Below, piece after piece: positions 48,012 through 64,000 of a stretch of DNA of 64,000 nucleotides. Source of the DNA: Fimicolochytrium jonesii (Eukaryota). Positions within the stretch are counted from its first letter, which is position 1; the number at the start of each line of letters is the position of its first letter. The notes beneath the pieces are model-generated. The model ran no database searches and was not told the DNA's origin. It worked only from the letters and a program-made list of their open reading frames with translations. The stretch is from contig NW_026515669.1 in NCBI RefSeq assembly GCF_025526975.1, forward strand, positions 1,860,001-1,924,000. Direction: 5' to 3'. The position numbers were made by a program, and so were the translations under genes.

Positions 48012-51000
48012 ATGGTGACCGACGACTGGCTGCTCAGGCCCGGCGTAGGTGACCAACCGCCGCTCAGGGAGAAGGTGGTTTCTATGTACGAGGAGCTGTT
48101 CCAGGTATGGCGGATGGGAAACCTCTCGCCGCATACATTACAGTCTATCGGCGGCATGAAAAGCACTTTGGGCACAGCCCATCGAAAACAAGCATATGTG
48201 GGGTCTTACGCCATTTTCTTTCACGTAGGGCAGAGAAATACCGGCGGAAGACGACGACGAGTACTGGCAGGAGATATTCCTTTTGAAAGTGAACACAAGC
48301 TTTCTGTCCTCTGTTATTTCGAGCGCCTCCGAGCCAGAACTGCTCCATCTAGCGGTACGTCCGATTTCTTAAACTACGACCTATTCTGAAACTCCGATCA
48401 TTAAACCTCTGCATCCGTTCGATAGAGCAGCATCAGCGCCTTATTTACGAGAGCGATTGATACGCTGCATGATAGACTTCCGCTACGGCAGGGGCACGCT
48501 GCTCAAACGATGACGATATTGTTCGAAGCAGTGTACAAAAAGTTCCCGAATCGAAGCTTCGATGTCCTCAATGTGCTCACGGGGATGGACAATGCTGATA
48601 CGGCCTTCAAGGTAGGCGGCTCATCTGAAGGCTGTGGTGGGATGGGATGCAATAGGTCTGACGCATCCAAGACGTTGATAGCGAACATGGCGTTCATTTT
48701 GCTTAAAGAAGATTCAGGTAATGTCACTGTTCTTGCGAGGTTCACGCGGATTCGGCTCATATTTATGCTACGAACAGTTGAAGCACGGCGGCCCGTCCTG
48801 GCCCTCGCCAAGGCGATTGTAACGGCTAGCGATAATCTCAATCAAAATTCGTTCAACGAGTATTTTATGATGAACGATTTCTTCGACGCTCTGATACGGG
48901 TATGCATAACTGGTTATCGCATTCCACACATATCAGTATAACGCAAATTGCTAACAGTTTCCTCCTCGTCATCCGCTCGCAAAGCAAAGACCATAACGGA
49001 CCCCCTAACGCGCACCCTAGCCTTCGATGCGTCCATCCTGCTCGCATTCCTCTGCAGCTACAACAAATACGAGTCCAGCAACCCATACGAGAGCCGGCTG
49101 AGGGACGTGGATGACCGGGAAGTTTTGCAGGCGTTGGAAGCTGTCTGTTCGCTTGCTTGCAAGGATAGCCGGTCGAAATATATGGCGCTGGCGCCGGATG
49201 TTCAGCCACCTTCGGCTGGGCTTTTTGGAGCGATTGGATACGTTGGGGATGTTTTGTTTAGAAAGGATTCGCCGTCAAGTCCGCAGCTGGCTGGCACATT
49301 GGGGTACGCGCCTTCTCGGGTCACTCATGGGGAGTTGGGTAGCAGTATCGACTGAGCAACGCGGTCTCTTCAGGTGTCGGCAACTGGTGTTTGTCCTGCT
49401 CTTCTACGAATGCGTCCGCAACCATCGTTTTGTCGACACTCTAGCGATGACGTTCGCGTCCGTTATGAAGTTTGGCGCGCACAGCTCGCACTTGGCTGCT
49501 GGCGCCGGCCGCCTCAATCGATCGCAGTCAGATATCTTCTCCTGGACTCGCAGATCGAGCTCGGCGGGATCATACCCGCAATTGTTGCAGGGCGGTAAGG
49601 ATCTCTCCCCCACCTACTGCTTTTGAATGACGATTTACATTTCTGATTTTTCTTTGACCCAGACAGCGCGTTGGTGGACATCCTGTCCTTTACTTCCTAC
49701 CTGTTTCAGAACTCGCGGGATGGCAGAACGATGCTATACACCCGCCTGTGCCTCATGTCGCTCATTCGGCTAGTGGAGAACCCAGTGCTGTGCCGGATAG
49801 TGTGTGACATCAACATGGCGGTGGTGATCCGGTTGTGTCGGCAGGTATGATTTTCAACCCGGTAATATTCATCCTAGCCGGATTCTGATTGACACTTCTT
49901 GAAACCAGCGTGTTCCACACCTCCCACCAGCCTCAGACACCGCGCGCCCAGTCTCCCTCGCCATCCTCGACGTCGCAATCACATTCCTAAACCACAATCT
50001 AACGAAAAACCTAGACGTTACGGCCTACACACACTGTATAACAGTCATCCACCGCTTGCTGACATTTATCATCAGCAGCGCACGCGTTTCGCAGATCGAC
50101 AGACCGAAATCGTCGAAATTGACGGGCGTCGTCGCGTACCATTGGGCGCAGGTTTGGCATGCGATTCTGAATGTTGTCCGATTTGTTGTGCAGTTTAGGG
50201 AAGCGTTTATGATGAAGGATGATTTGGTTGCGGAGTTGTGGTCGCAGGTATGCATGATTGGGGTTGGTTTCTATGGGGCTGGTGAGGGCACTTTTACCGA
50301 GTTTGTATGGTTTTTCGTTGCAGATTGTATCCGTCTTCAACCTTTTCATGTGAGTAGTCTGATCGGTTTCGCTTTGTATCCAGTACCAAACGGAAAGCTA
50401 ACGTTGTCTTGTTCATCAGCACGTACGGCGACAACTTCCTGCCCGACTCGGACGGTCTGGACGTGCTCTACTACGAAATCATTCGCAATGCTCAGGAGCT
50501 TACAGCACTTGATGGTTCTGGTATGCCATCAACCTATATCCCATTTCATACGGCCCGGCAATGACAAATGCTCATTTCATTCTCCACCTCTTACTCCCAT
50601 CACAGTCCAACGGCGCCGCTCCTCCACCAACCTCTCCCCCACCCCCTTCTCCCCAACCTCCACCCGCTTTCAAACCCCACCATACCTCCAACGAACATCC
50701 TCCCACACCTCTCAACACCGCACCTCCTCCGACTATGCCAACATCGCAACCATCATCTCCCACTTCATGCCCAAAATCGAAGAACGAGCCAGCAACTCCG
50801 GCGGGATCTCGGCGTTCTTTGGCGCCTCGTCCTCTGATACCGATGTTGCTGATCCTTCTTCACCCACAACAACGACGCCGACAGCATCTGCGGCATTAAC
50901 ACCCAAAGTGGTTATCTCGATCATCCGTCGACAGCACGATACATTGGAGTTGAAGGATATGCGCGACACGTTACTTCCTGCCGGTGCAAATGTTGCGGCA

Positions 51001-51108
51001 ACGGCGGAGAACCCGTGGACGGGGACGGCGCTGTTGCCGTTACATGCCGAGCAGAGCTTCTTCAGAGCGATGCTGAGGGCGGTGTCGGCGGATGTGAAGG
51101 AGGGGTGA
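48012..51108 (+). CDS. ARMH3 / UPF0668 (C10orf76-like, DUF1741) armadillo-like helical protein, multi-exon
   Basis: PLREKVVSMYEELF, YWQEIFLLKVN, NLNQNSFNEYFM, LCSYNKYESSNPY, FITYGDNFLP...LYYEIIR, VISIIRRQHDTLELK. Confidence 0.8.
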
Positions 51109-51873
51109 TTGGACAGGATGCGGTGGTAATGCTGCACGGAATGGGGACGTAATGCAGGGATATCTTCCTGCCTAAGGCGGTCTCACGTTGCGGCTGGCCC
51201 ATCGCACGACAAGGAAAGAACTCTGTGGTCAACGGACCGCGCGTAGAAAGGATACGTGATGCTTTGGATACCGTAGACGTCTCGCAACCCGTTCCTACCC
51301 CACCCGAACGGCGTACTGGAGACCAGCTCTTCATTTTATTCTTATTTGCTGAGCTCCCCTAATTCCGGCAGATGGTTATTGCTCATTGAGTGCGTTCAAT
51401 CAAATGTACCTCTTGTGGTGCTTTTCAACATCTTAATGGAAATCATGAAAGCTTTCGATCCCCTCGGAATGTTTCCTCGATGTGATGGCGGTTCCTGTAA
51501 AAGATTGATCCTTCCTGTCCTTGGTTTATATGGATCTTTGATATAACAGAGCGCTTTCCTGCATTCATCTGGTCACATTTTTCATGGGAACTGGAAGAGA
51601 TTCGGTCAAAGGGTTGAGTCCGCTGGTGGAAAATGACACTTCTAACGGTCATGGAGACAGTCTGGGGCAGGTTCGACACAAGCAAGCAACGTCAGTCCCT
51701 AGCCATCTGGCAGTGTTTCATTTTCGTATACATAACTCACACTCAGTCAAAGCGCCGTGGATGTTCTCTAATACTCCAAACCCATCCCCAGTCCCAAGTT
51801 CCAACCACATCTGGTACCCCGCTTTCCAAATAAACATATCCTATCCACCCACCACCATTGCACAGTTCCTCAC

Positions 51874-55219
<3,346 letters not shown>

Positions 55220-56044
55220 TCCGATCTCCCTCGTGTCGTGGTATGAAGTTCCCGCTTCAGTTCCGCAAGATCATCACCGCTCCCCGTGTGTTTATGTCTT
55301 CCTGCGCTAATGAAGGCCTGAGGCCTGCTCCGAAAACTTTTGGGCGCTGGGAATACCCGTACGCTTCCCTACAGTATGTGCTGGCCAGGAGAGCGGTATC
55401 CTCCGGTGGACACCTGCTGGGTCCAATGTTTCTTTGGCAAAAGACGGACAACGATTCCTGTGACAAACAGAGCACACGCTGGCATGTCCGGAACCTGACG
55501 TTTCAGACCTGGTTTCAGACTTGGACATTTTCCCAGCGAGCGACTTGACCATGGCAGACCATGGTCGACGGCACGGTGACATCGACCAAGTCCTCTCCAG
55601 TTCCATATGTTATCCCCGTGAGACAATGCAACGCTATGTACGAATGATGAGTTCACTCTCACTGACAATGGCACTTTCATGTCCCTTTCCTCGCATACGC
55701 AGCAATGAAGAGTTGATACTACTAATACGTCGCCGGGGCCATGAGGGGTGCCTGCTCAGTTCTTATCGGCTGAAACTCAACTCTTCAGCACGTTCCTTTC
55801 GGAGTGTGTCTGTCTGTGACCACATGTCCAGCCAATGTCCAGCAACGTCCAACAACCAACGTCTGGCTCATTCCAGCAATAATGGGTCTGAGGTCTCAAA
55901 GAGGAAGCAGAGGAAGCGCGCAACTTCCCGCAGCTTCCGCCTTGCTGCTATCACCAGGAATGTCAGCCCGTCTTTGATTTCAGACAACCATAGTTCCACC
56001 GTAGTGTTATGTACAGCACATAGGTAACCTCGAACAACTCCAAG

Positions 56045-57604
56045 ATGCCGTCCGATACAGTACGAAGAGAGGCCTCCCACGCAGGATCGTGGTATACGGG
56101 CTCAGGTGGGTGTCAACCATCTTCCATCTCTACGATGGGTTGCTGTCAGGCGGGCTATCGGAGAGTCGTGATGGATGTGCGGCCAAAAAGTTCACGAGTG
56201 TCCGCGGAGGCTGTTGTGTTATCCCGTTGAGATCGTAGTCCACCATGTCGTCCCAGGGTGACTGCTGACCTTCCCACCCACTTGCAGGAGGCAAACTGTC
56301 CACCGAGCTCGACTACTGGCTCTCCAAAGTCCCGACGACCTCAACAACGGGGTCCCTGAGCTCTCATGACCTACCCATCTCCAAATGCCGCGCCATTATC
56401 GGACCGTGAGCTTGAATGCTGCTTGAGCTGTCATAAGGGGATATGGTGATGGAAGGTCTCACTCCGAGTTATTAGGCATGCGGGATACTCATACAGCGGA
56501 CCGACCGCGGCGTACGCGTACAAATGTGTAGATGCAGAGCCTATGTACGTACCTGAGTGTGATGAGAACATCGCATGCATTGACGACGGACATGAAGCTA
56601 AGGCTGCTCCCCCTTTCGCAGAAAACGCGTGTTCATTCTGGGGTGAGGAATAGCGCACTGCGAGACTTACAATGTCGGGAGCTGATTATCTGCTTCCTTG
56701 GGTAAAGGCCGAGCCATCATGTATACCTGGACGGATGTGCGCTGTCTCAGTGCACGGTCTATGAGACACCGCTGGGAGATTTACAATTGGATCTGGAGGG
56801 TTGGTTATTGATGGACACTTCACGGATGGAGACGTGAAAGGACTCATGTCGCTTCCGTCTAGTGATCGAGGAGCTTCGAGCGACGGGCAAGTTCTCGGAG
56901 ATGACCCTTCAGCAGGATGAGGATGAGCATAGCATCGAGATGCATATTCCGTATCTGTTCAAGATCATGGAGTCGTGAGTTGCCATCATACTACCCACGA
57001 AACCTTGCGCAGCTCTGGTCGTCCCAACGCTAACTTAGCAGATGTAACGCAGAAAGACAGAACCATACACCGTCATCCCAATCCTAGTCGGCTCCATCAA
57101 CGCCACCAAAGAAGCCCTCTACGGCAAGCTCCTTGCCCCGTACCTCTCCGACCCCACCAGCCTCTTTATCATCTCCTCCGATTTCTGCCACTGGGGCCGT
57201 CGATTCTCATACACCAACAAAGGCCCCGCGGAAGACAAAGCGAGCGGGATGCCCATATATGAGGGAATTGAGAGTTTGGATCGTGAGGGGATGGGGATTA
57301 TCGAACGCGTTGACCCGACGGCGTTTACCGAGTATTTGAAACGGACGAAGAATACGATTTGTGGACGGCACCCTATTGCGGTGCTGTTGAATTCTATTGT
57401 GGCGCTTAAGGAGGTGAGGCAGGTCTTAGGCGCGTTCTGCGATGGGAAGGAGACCCGTTCATCTTCGAAACCTCCCACCTGCAGGCAAACGCAACAAAAA
57501 CAGCAGAAATCAAGTTCACGCACTACGCTCAGTCTAGCAAAGTCACTAGCGACAAGGATAGTTCCGTATCCTATGCGTCGGCGTATGTGTATCTTGATCT
57601 CTAG
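56045..57604 (+). CDS. MEMO1: MEMO1 family protein (AmmeMemoRadiSam protein B-like)
   Basis: [63 protein letters not shown]...DSSVSYAS. Confidence 0.95.
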
Positions 57605-58793
57605 TACCGTGCTACAGCACGGCTCCGATCGACAGCGATGGGCGGCTGAGCGAGCCCAGCATAAGGAACTTCCTGCCCGAGTCCAACACATCGCCGCCAA
57701 GAAATGTATTATTTTGATAGTTCGTAGCCCTAGGTTTTTGTTCGGTTTTGGTTTTGAAAAGTCTCCCCGCTGTATTCTTTTTTTCTTTTTGCTTAGTAGT
57801 ACGTCGATAGCTGGTTCGGTCGCGATAATAATGTAAACCATGTACCTAAAGGAGGCATATTGCAAATTCAATTTCAGGCTATGGCTGAATGTGCTGCTGA
57901 GTTTTGGTCCTTTAGCATGGGCTAGATAGCTGGGAGCGCTCGCTTTGCTCGCTGATACTTCAACCTCTTGCCACATCACTTCTGCATAGCTTTGGGTTTT
58001 GGGGCCTCGAGGCTCCCATTTCTGCTCAACTTCGACACCATGTCACGCAAGTATATAAATGGAATAGATGACAGGAATACGACAGCGCGCTCCGACACCT
58101 TGTCGACAAACGCGTTTGAGGTCCCTTGCGCTGATTTTCCGATTCCTCACTCGGGAACCTGAAAAGGTCACAAAAACGATAAGAGGACCTGCATGTCGCC
58201 CCGATCCTTCCCCAGAGTCGAAACTCGCAGACGCACCGCTGCCGGGAAAACTGATGTCCATGGCAAACTGCTTGCTTGTGAACTGATATGATTCTCAAAG
58301 ACCGTAAACCGCAGCTGCCCATGGCTGTGGACGGCGCCCGGTTTGTAGACCGGAACCCGGAATACCCTGTCTGGCCCCATGGTAGGAAACGCGACCCAGG
58401 AAATCCCGGCCCGAGTGCCATGTTCAGTCGACAGCCCGCTCGCGTGCGCGTATGGACTGGTTTGCTATTCGAAATCCTCTTGATAGTGCTGCGAGGCTGC
58501 TGGTGACTTGCGCGGGCACTGCTGCAAACCCTCGTGACAGGAAGTACCGAACAAGCGCTAAGCGAGGGGTTTCTAAGCTCTCTCTTGCGGTGCCCCTATT
58601 GTCGTCTGACAAATCTGCATCGCCAGGGCCTGGATAGCTACCCGGTCGTGATCGGTAAGGAAAGATAGCCGGTGGCGGGAATAGTGACCAGACCGGCGAC
58701 AGGCTCGTAGCACAAGTCGTAGAGCTTCTCCTATGTAGGCCACTAAAGACCCTCCAGATGGCTGGACATGGCAGTTTAAGAGGACGGACTTCC

Positions 58794-58800
58794 TATAAAA
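58794..58800 (+). promoter_or_regulatory. TATA box of the secreted peptide gene
   Basis: TATAAAA followed by an A/C-rich 5' leader and ATG 58928. Confidence 0.55.
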
Positions 58801-58927
58801 GCCAGGGCAGATCCGCCGACATCCCTCATTTTTTCACCAAATCAAAACCAACCAACAGTCAAACAGCCATCCCAACAGCCATCTCAAATCAACAACCCAT
58901 TCCTGCTCCATCACCAACAAGCCCAAA

Positions 58928-59329
58928 ATGGCCCGTCCACTCTTCGTCTTCCTCGCCATCTTCCTCGCCATGTTCGTCGTCATCGACGTCGTGAACGCCA
59001 CGCCGACCAACACCCTCGAAGTCCGCTCGGGATGCTGGAGCTGCTGCAAGAGGTGCTTCTGCCAGTGCGTTGCTGTAAGTTCATCTGCAACTCTATTCAT
59101 ATATCTGGTATTTACAATCTACAGACGCTGACTTTATTTTCTTTTCCTCTCTGATAGCACCCACCTCGGGACCAGGTTGGCAATTACAACACCTGCGCGC
59201 TTCATTGCGGAAACAGTGAGTGTCGACATTCCATCACCAGATGTTTGAAAGGATATCGGCTCACAATTTTTTCTCGCTATAGAATGCACGGCTTGGCAGA
59301 TGGTCAAACTCGCCTTCCACCGCTGCTAA
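58928..59329 (+). CDS. Small secreted cysteine-rich peptide (83 aa, 10 Cys), 3 exons
   Basis: Exons 58928-59074, 59158-59215 and 59283-59329 splice in frame: MARPLFVFLAIFLAMFVVIDVVNATPTNTLEVRSGCWSCCKRCFCQCVAHPPRDQVGNYNTCALHCGNKCTAWQMVKLAFHRC. Confidence 0.75.
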
Positions 59330-60041
59330 AATACTTGGCTCAATGCTCGATAACCCAACGGCGCCTTCTCGTTTCAGCGATAGAGCCTAGTGCTCTTTCG
59401 AACTCTAGATTGAGATATTCCCGACACATAGACCTGTATAGACCAGGGGCTTGGCGCTTCCTTTTCCGCACATGTTACATAGATTTTCCTTTGCTTTTTC
59501 TGCTTGTATAGACTGGTGAATATGGAAGTAGATTTTTTGACGAATTATAACCAACCGAATGCCTTTATATGTGTACGACAAAGGCGGAAATCCGATCAGT
59601 AATATAGGTCTCATGCAGAAAGAAACCGAGTTGTCGAAAGCCGTCGGTGGGTGGGACAGAGCGAGCGCGATATGAACTTTTCAGCTACATGGACTTGCGA
59701 GAAGTGCAGCACATATTCCGTCTCTCGCATCCTCCCTCTCACGGCACTTGTTTGGCCTCTCTCACAGAGGTCTGACTATCCCGATATCTCGAGCGAAACG
59801 GTAAGCGGAAATAAACATACATGTTGGGGTTGTGGTTCCCCAACGAACTACCTTCCAAGATTTCCGCCCGCTTGACCAAAGGTGTCTGTTGACCCTGCTC
59901 CTCCTTGTAGATCACTCCCACGAAGCGTCGTTAACGACCTTTTCCGAAAAAGAGCCTTCGCCCGTTCTCTGGGGCGCATCCCTTCCCCCCGGCGCAACGT
60001 CCTCCAGCCACCACCACCCCACATTACCAAAATCACACAAA

Positions 60042-60863
60042 ATGTCTTTCCACGCGGAAGAACAATCCAACGAACTCGAAGCCCTCCTCTCCATCTTCCC
60101 CGACGAGTTCTCCCTCCTAGACGCCGGCCCACCCGCCCATTTCCACATCCACATCCAACCCGACGTCGAAAGCCTCATCCCGCCCTCGGACGACCATGAC
60201 GCCACAACACCCCGCGAAGCCGTCGAATTCTTCCTCGACATCACCTACACCGACACCTACCCCGACACGATCCCGTTGCTGGAGCTGACGGAGGTCGCCG
60301 GGTTCGACGCGGGGGAGTGTGGGCAGATCGTCTCGGAGCTGACGACGATGGCGGAGGAGAGTGTGGGGATGGCGATGGGGTTCACGTTGGCGGCCGGCGC
60401 GAAGGAGATTGCGGAGCGGGTGGTGAGTGAGCGGATCGCGGCGCAGGAGGCCGAGGCTGCCGCCCGGGCCGCGGCGGAGGAGGAGGCGGAGCGGATCCGG
60501 CATGCAGGCACGCGGGTGACACCCGCCTCGTTCGATCAATGGAAAGCGGAGTTTTTGGCAGAGATCTCCCACCTGCTCAAGACGAAGGGGGAGGAGGCGC
60601 TCTCGCCTGCGCAGAAAGCTGCGGCGGCCGTCGCGGGGTTGTTGGACTCCATAAAGGGCAAATCGGGCAAGTTGACGGGGCGGCAGTTGTTTGAGAAGGA
60701 TAGGACCCTGGCGAGCTCTGATATGGCGTATATTGAGGACGGCGATGTGACGGTTGATGCGGAGTTGTTTGAGGGGATGGAGGATCTGGATGTGGGGGAT
60801 GATGAGGAGGATGAGGAGGAGAATTCGGTTTTGGCCGGAATTAGGAGTAGTAGAGATGACTGA
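60042..60863 (+). CDS. GIR2: RWD-domain protein (Gir2/RWDD1-like)
   Basis: EEQSNELEALLSIF, YPDTIP, AEESVGMAMGFTL, GTRVTPASFDQWK, KLTGRQLFE, acidic tail. Confidence 0.9.
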   Translation: MSFHAEEQSNELEALLSIFPDEFSLLDAGPPAHFHIHIQPDVESLIPPSDDHDATTPREAVEFFLDITYTDTYPDTIPLLELTEVAGFDAGECGQIVSELTTMAEESVGMAMGFTLAAGAKEIAERVVSERIAAQEAEAAARAAAEEEAERIRHAGTRVTPASFDQWKAEFLAEISHLLKTKGEEALSPAQKAAAAVAGLLDSIKGKSGKLTGRQLFEKDRTLASSDMAYIEDGDVTVDAELFEGMEDLDVGDDEEDEEENSVLAGIRSSRDD

Positions 60864-61376
60864 GGAATTAGCGACGACAACCATACCCCCAGCTGTATCC
60901 GAGAATAGATTTCCCTTGCTGCATCCCCAAGGATCGAGTTTCGCATAGCAAGCAGCGGAAGGGGACGAACACTCCTCCACCACTTCCTTTTGCGATCGTC
61001 AACCTCACTTGCGTAACATTGTCAACTACAAGCGTAGACTCCCGTCATTAGCATTAGAAATAGGCGCATTAGCGTCACGTTCCATGATACCTGATACCGG
61101 TAACTTCCCGGTCGAAGCAAAAGCACATTGAACAAATGGGCCAAATGATTTTGAGTTATCCTGTTCGACAAAATGTTGATATATTGTTATCAACAGCAGG
61201 AAATTGGGGTTGCTTAACAACTAGTTTTTCTGACAACAAGACGGGGATGCCCACACAGGAGGTTCGAAAGCGAACAATTATTTACAGAGTAAGACCAACA
61301 GCCAAGAGGGAGGGGTCCATGGAGAGGATGTCTCTGGTGCATGTCAACGCAGACAAGGGGAGAAAAATTCATGTGT

Positions 61377-63940
61377 TTAGACCTTGGCCTCGAAAGCTTT
61401 GCTTCCCCATTCCGGGATGCCCTTCACAGGTTCCGGCGCCGAGTTAGCTCCTGCAGTCTGCGCAACCTGAGCAAGCTTCTCATCCAGAGTAAAGATGAAA
61501 TCCTTCAAGTTCTTCTCGATCGCGTTCTCGATTTGCTTCTTGGCGGTCTTGTTGAGGATAGGCTTAGCGACCTTGTACAAGATATCGTGGTGCGAGTCGT
61601 GCAGGCGCAGGTCGAGCGACTTGACGTTGCAGCTGACTTCCGAGGCGTTCAACCAGCGGCCGTCGGCGCCGGCTTCCGCAGCGCGCCCAGCCTCGTTACC
61701 GGGGGTGAGCTTGATCTTCACGCTGAGGCCGTCGCCCTTGATGTCAAAGTCCGCGAGACCGACGTCGCCGGCTTTGAAGAATCCCTTGTGTTTGTTGAAC
61801 AACCAGGCAATGTCGCGGGCGCTGGCTTCAATCTTGGAGATCTCGATCGTTACGGCGTTGTTGATCTGGTCGATGGCCTTTTCCTTTGACGCGTCGACGG
61901 TCGTGTCGGTCACGATGCGGATGTATTTGGGAAGGATGGTGGAGTGCAGGATGATGTTGTCGAAGATCATGTGGTAAGTGCCGTCGTCGGCCTCGACACG
62001 CGGGATTGGCAAGTACGCGAGCTTGTCGGCGATGAGCGGCACGACCTTGGCCAAATCGGCAAGGAGCTCGGGCTTAAAGGCGGGTTTGCCGCGCTCGTCA
62101 AGGAACAAGTCGTTGATCAACTGCGAGGTGTCGGACTGCAAGCGGGCAGTAGCCTTGTTGGCGGCCAAAGCAGCGGCAAAGGCTCCGGCCTCGTACGAGA
62201 TGTTTTGCGTGTGGTCACCGTACTTTTCCAACGCACGACGTCCGCGCTCGACCAACTCCGAGGCGTCCTTCTCGAAGGAAGACTTCTCGGTGTAGCCAGG
62301 CTGGCGGAGGGTCTTCTTCAAGTAGGTAGAAAGGTCGTGCCAGAAGGTGGTCAACTCTTTGTCGTCGCGAGCCTCGGAGGCAAAGTCGCGGATGACCTCG
62401 ATGAGAGGGTCGAGGGACTTTCCGTTGGCAATGTTCTCGATCAGCTGTTTCGCGTTGGAGATGGCGATGCGAGAGTCCTTGGAGGCCTGGATCTCGTCGG
62501 GGTTGGTGGGTGCTTGGGCTGTCTTCTCCACAGCCGTCTTTGTCAGGTCCTTAGCCTGGTACGCAAGGGGGGCAAGCAAGTCAATAAGGTCGTCGATGCC
62601 CTGCTGGAACTCGGGCTTTGATTGAAGCGTCTTTGCGACCGACTTGAGGCGGCGAACGATATCATCACGCTTGTCATCGGGCAAGTTGATAAGCTTGCGC
62701 GCGACACGCTCGCCCGTCTGGCGGACTTGCGAGGAAGGGTCACGGAGTTGAGAGCTGGCCTGGTTGGCGTAGTCCTTTGCCTGCGAGATGACGCCGTGAG
62801 CTTGCGCCTGGGCTTGCTGCTTGTAATCCCCAGTGGTCTTCTCGCCGGTGTACAACTGAGCTCCCTCACTGCGGATAGCGTTGGAAGCCTGGTTCACTTT
62901 GTCTTCGGGTAAGCGAGACTCGGCCTGGTCTGCCACGACATCGACAATGTTCTTGGCGGTGTCACGCAACGTGGCGCCGGATGCGAGGGAGTCTCCCGCC
63001 GTCTGGTACGTCTGCCTTCCAGCCTCCTGAGCCTCCTGCCCAGCCTGCTGGGCCTGACCTTGGACCTGCGCCTGGGTCCCCTGAACGGTTTGCTTTTGCT
63101 CCTGAACCTTCTGTTCGGCTTGTTGGCGGACGTCCTGGGCGGCACCTTGAAGGCTGCTGTGGGCTCCAACCTTGTCCCTGGCCTGGGCAGCGGCGTTACG
63201 GACAGACTCGGGTGCATTCGGGTCGCTGGCAAGGTCATCGCTTGCTTCCAAGACGTTAGAGCGGACGATGTCTTGTGCGATTGAGGAAATGTCGGTGAGG
63301 AGGGTGCGGAATTCGGGAGAAGTAATGATGATTTTTGCGAGGTTGGCGGAGGTGGCACCGGCTTGAACCAGACGGTCAGCAGCTTCGTTGGCCTCTGTAG
63401 GGTTCAAGAGAGTTCGTCGCTGGGCAGACACTGTGGTTGAAGAAACGGAGAAGGAAAGGTCAGATCAAATGCATGGGGTGTTTGAAGCGGTTTTGACGCC
63501 GTGGCAAAATGGAGCTTGCTTAGGGCGACAAAGCATCACAAAGAACTTACGATTTCCGTAGTAGACCACATTCTGCAATTCGTTGTGAGCGTTAACCTGC
63601 TTAAGAACCGTTTGCGTCGACTCCAAAATACGCTCAGCGTCGACAGCAATCTGTGGGAAAACGATTCAAGGAACGCGTGGGGAAAATGAGGTCAGGGAAC
63701 TGCGCAGGGAAACGAGTGCAACCTGAACGCGTGGGGGAGGCAGCAGAAAGATGGAGATTTCCAACTTACCCTCTTTCCCGATGGGCTCAAGTTCTCAGCG
63801 TTCTGATGCAGAGCGTTGGAAGTCTGAGCGTCGTGGAGACCGCCTACGATCTGGTTGGTCGTTGGGAGCCTGCCCTCCTGAAGCGCGCTAGTGACCTCAC
63901 GGGCCTTCTCGATACGTTCGCGTTCAACGTCGACGGGCAT
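61377..63940 (-). CDS. HAM1-like / DUF4449 (TULIP/BPI-like) protein
   Basis: ALQEGRLPTTNQI...LSPSGKR N-terminus; FLDERGKPAFKPEL, YLPIPRVE, MIFDNIIL, DVGLADFDI, HDILYKVAKP. Confidence 0.7.
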
Positions 63941-64000
63941 GATTGTAGATGTATAGTACAGTAGTCGTAGTGGTTTAGATAATGAGTAGATGGAGCTTGG

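Noticed and set aside
60117..62621. Long antisense ORFs (e.g. 60117-60983, 61944-62621; likewise 27853-28605, 35634-36272)
   Set aside because: Shadow frames of GC-rich real genes on the opposite strand.

Overview
Gene-dense, intron-rich eukaryotic DNA, most likely from a zoosporic (chytrid-type) fungus: it has short GT-AG introns with CTAAC/CTGAC branch points and ciliary genes (TMEM67/meckelin, SAM-kinesin-13). About 22 housekeeping genes are recognisable, many of them mitochondrial. The standout is an apparently intact 7-exon Fanzor1 gene (eukaryotic TnpB-like RNA-guided nuclease, minus strand, 14706-17996, about 758 aa after manual splicing). It has a complete RuvC D-E-D triad, a zinc finger and an NLS. 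Directly after it lies a highly structured ~180-nt putative omegaRNA ending in ...GGAAACTA, followed by a candidate guide, with no transposase or clear TIR nearby. Other notable items: an intronless N4BP2-like polynucleotide-kinase/HTD2 fusion; a Chlamydiae-like insulinase and an oomycete-type catalase-peroxidase (possible HGT); an orphan PIN/NYN-like ORF; a 10-Cys secreted peptide; a 5-kb repeat-laden island around an acidic KEN-box protein; GCGAGC mini-hairpin inserts in introns; and a 4-nt micro-exon. All calls come from reading and manual translation only; no database searches were run, and exon boundaries outside the Fanzor are approximate.
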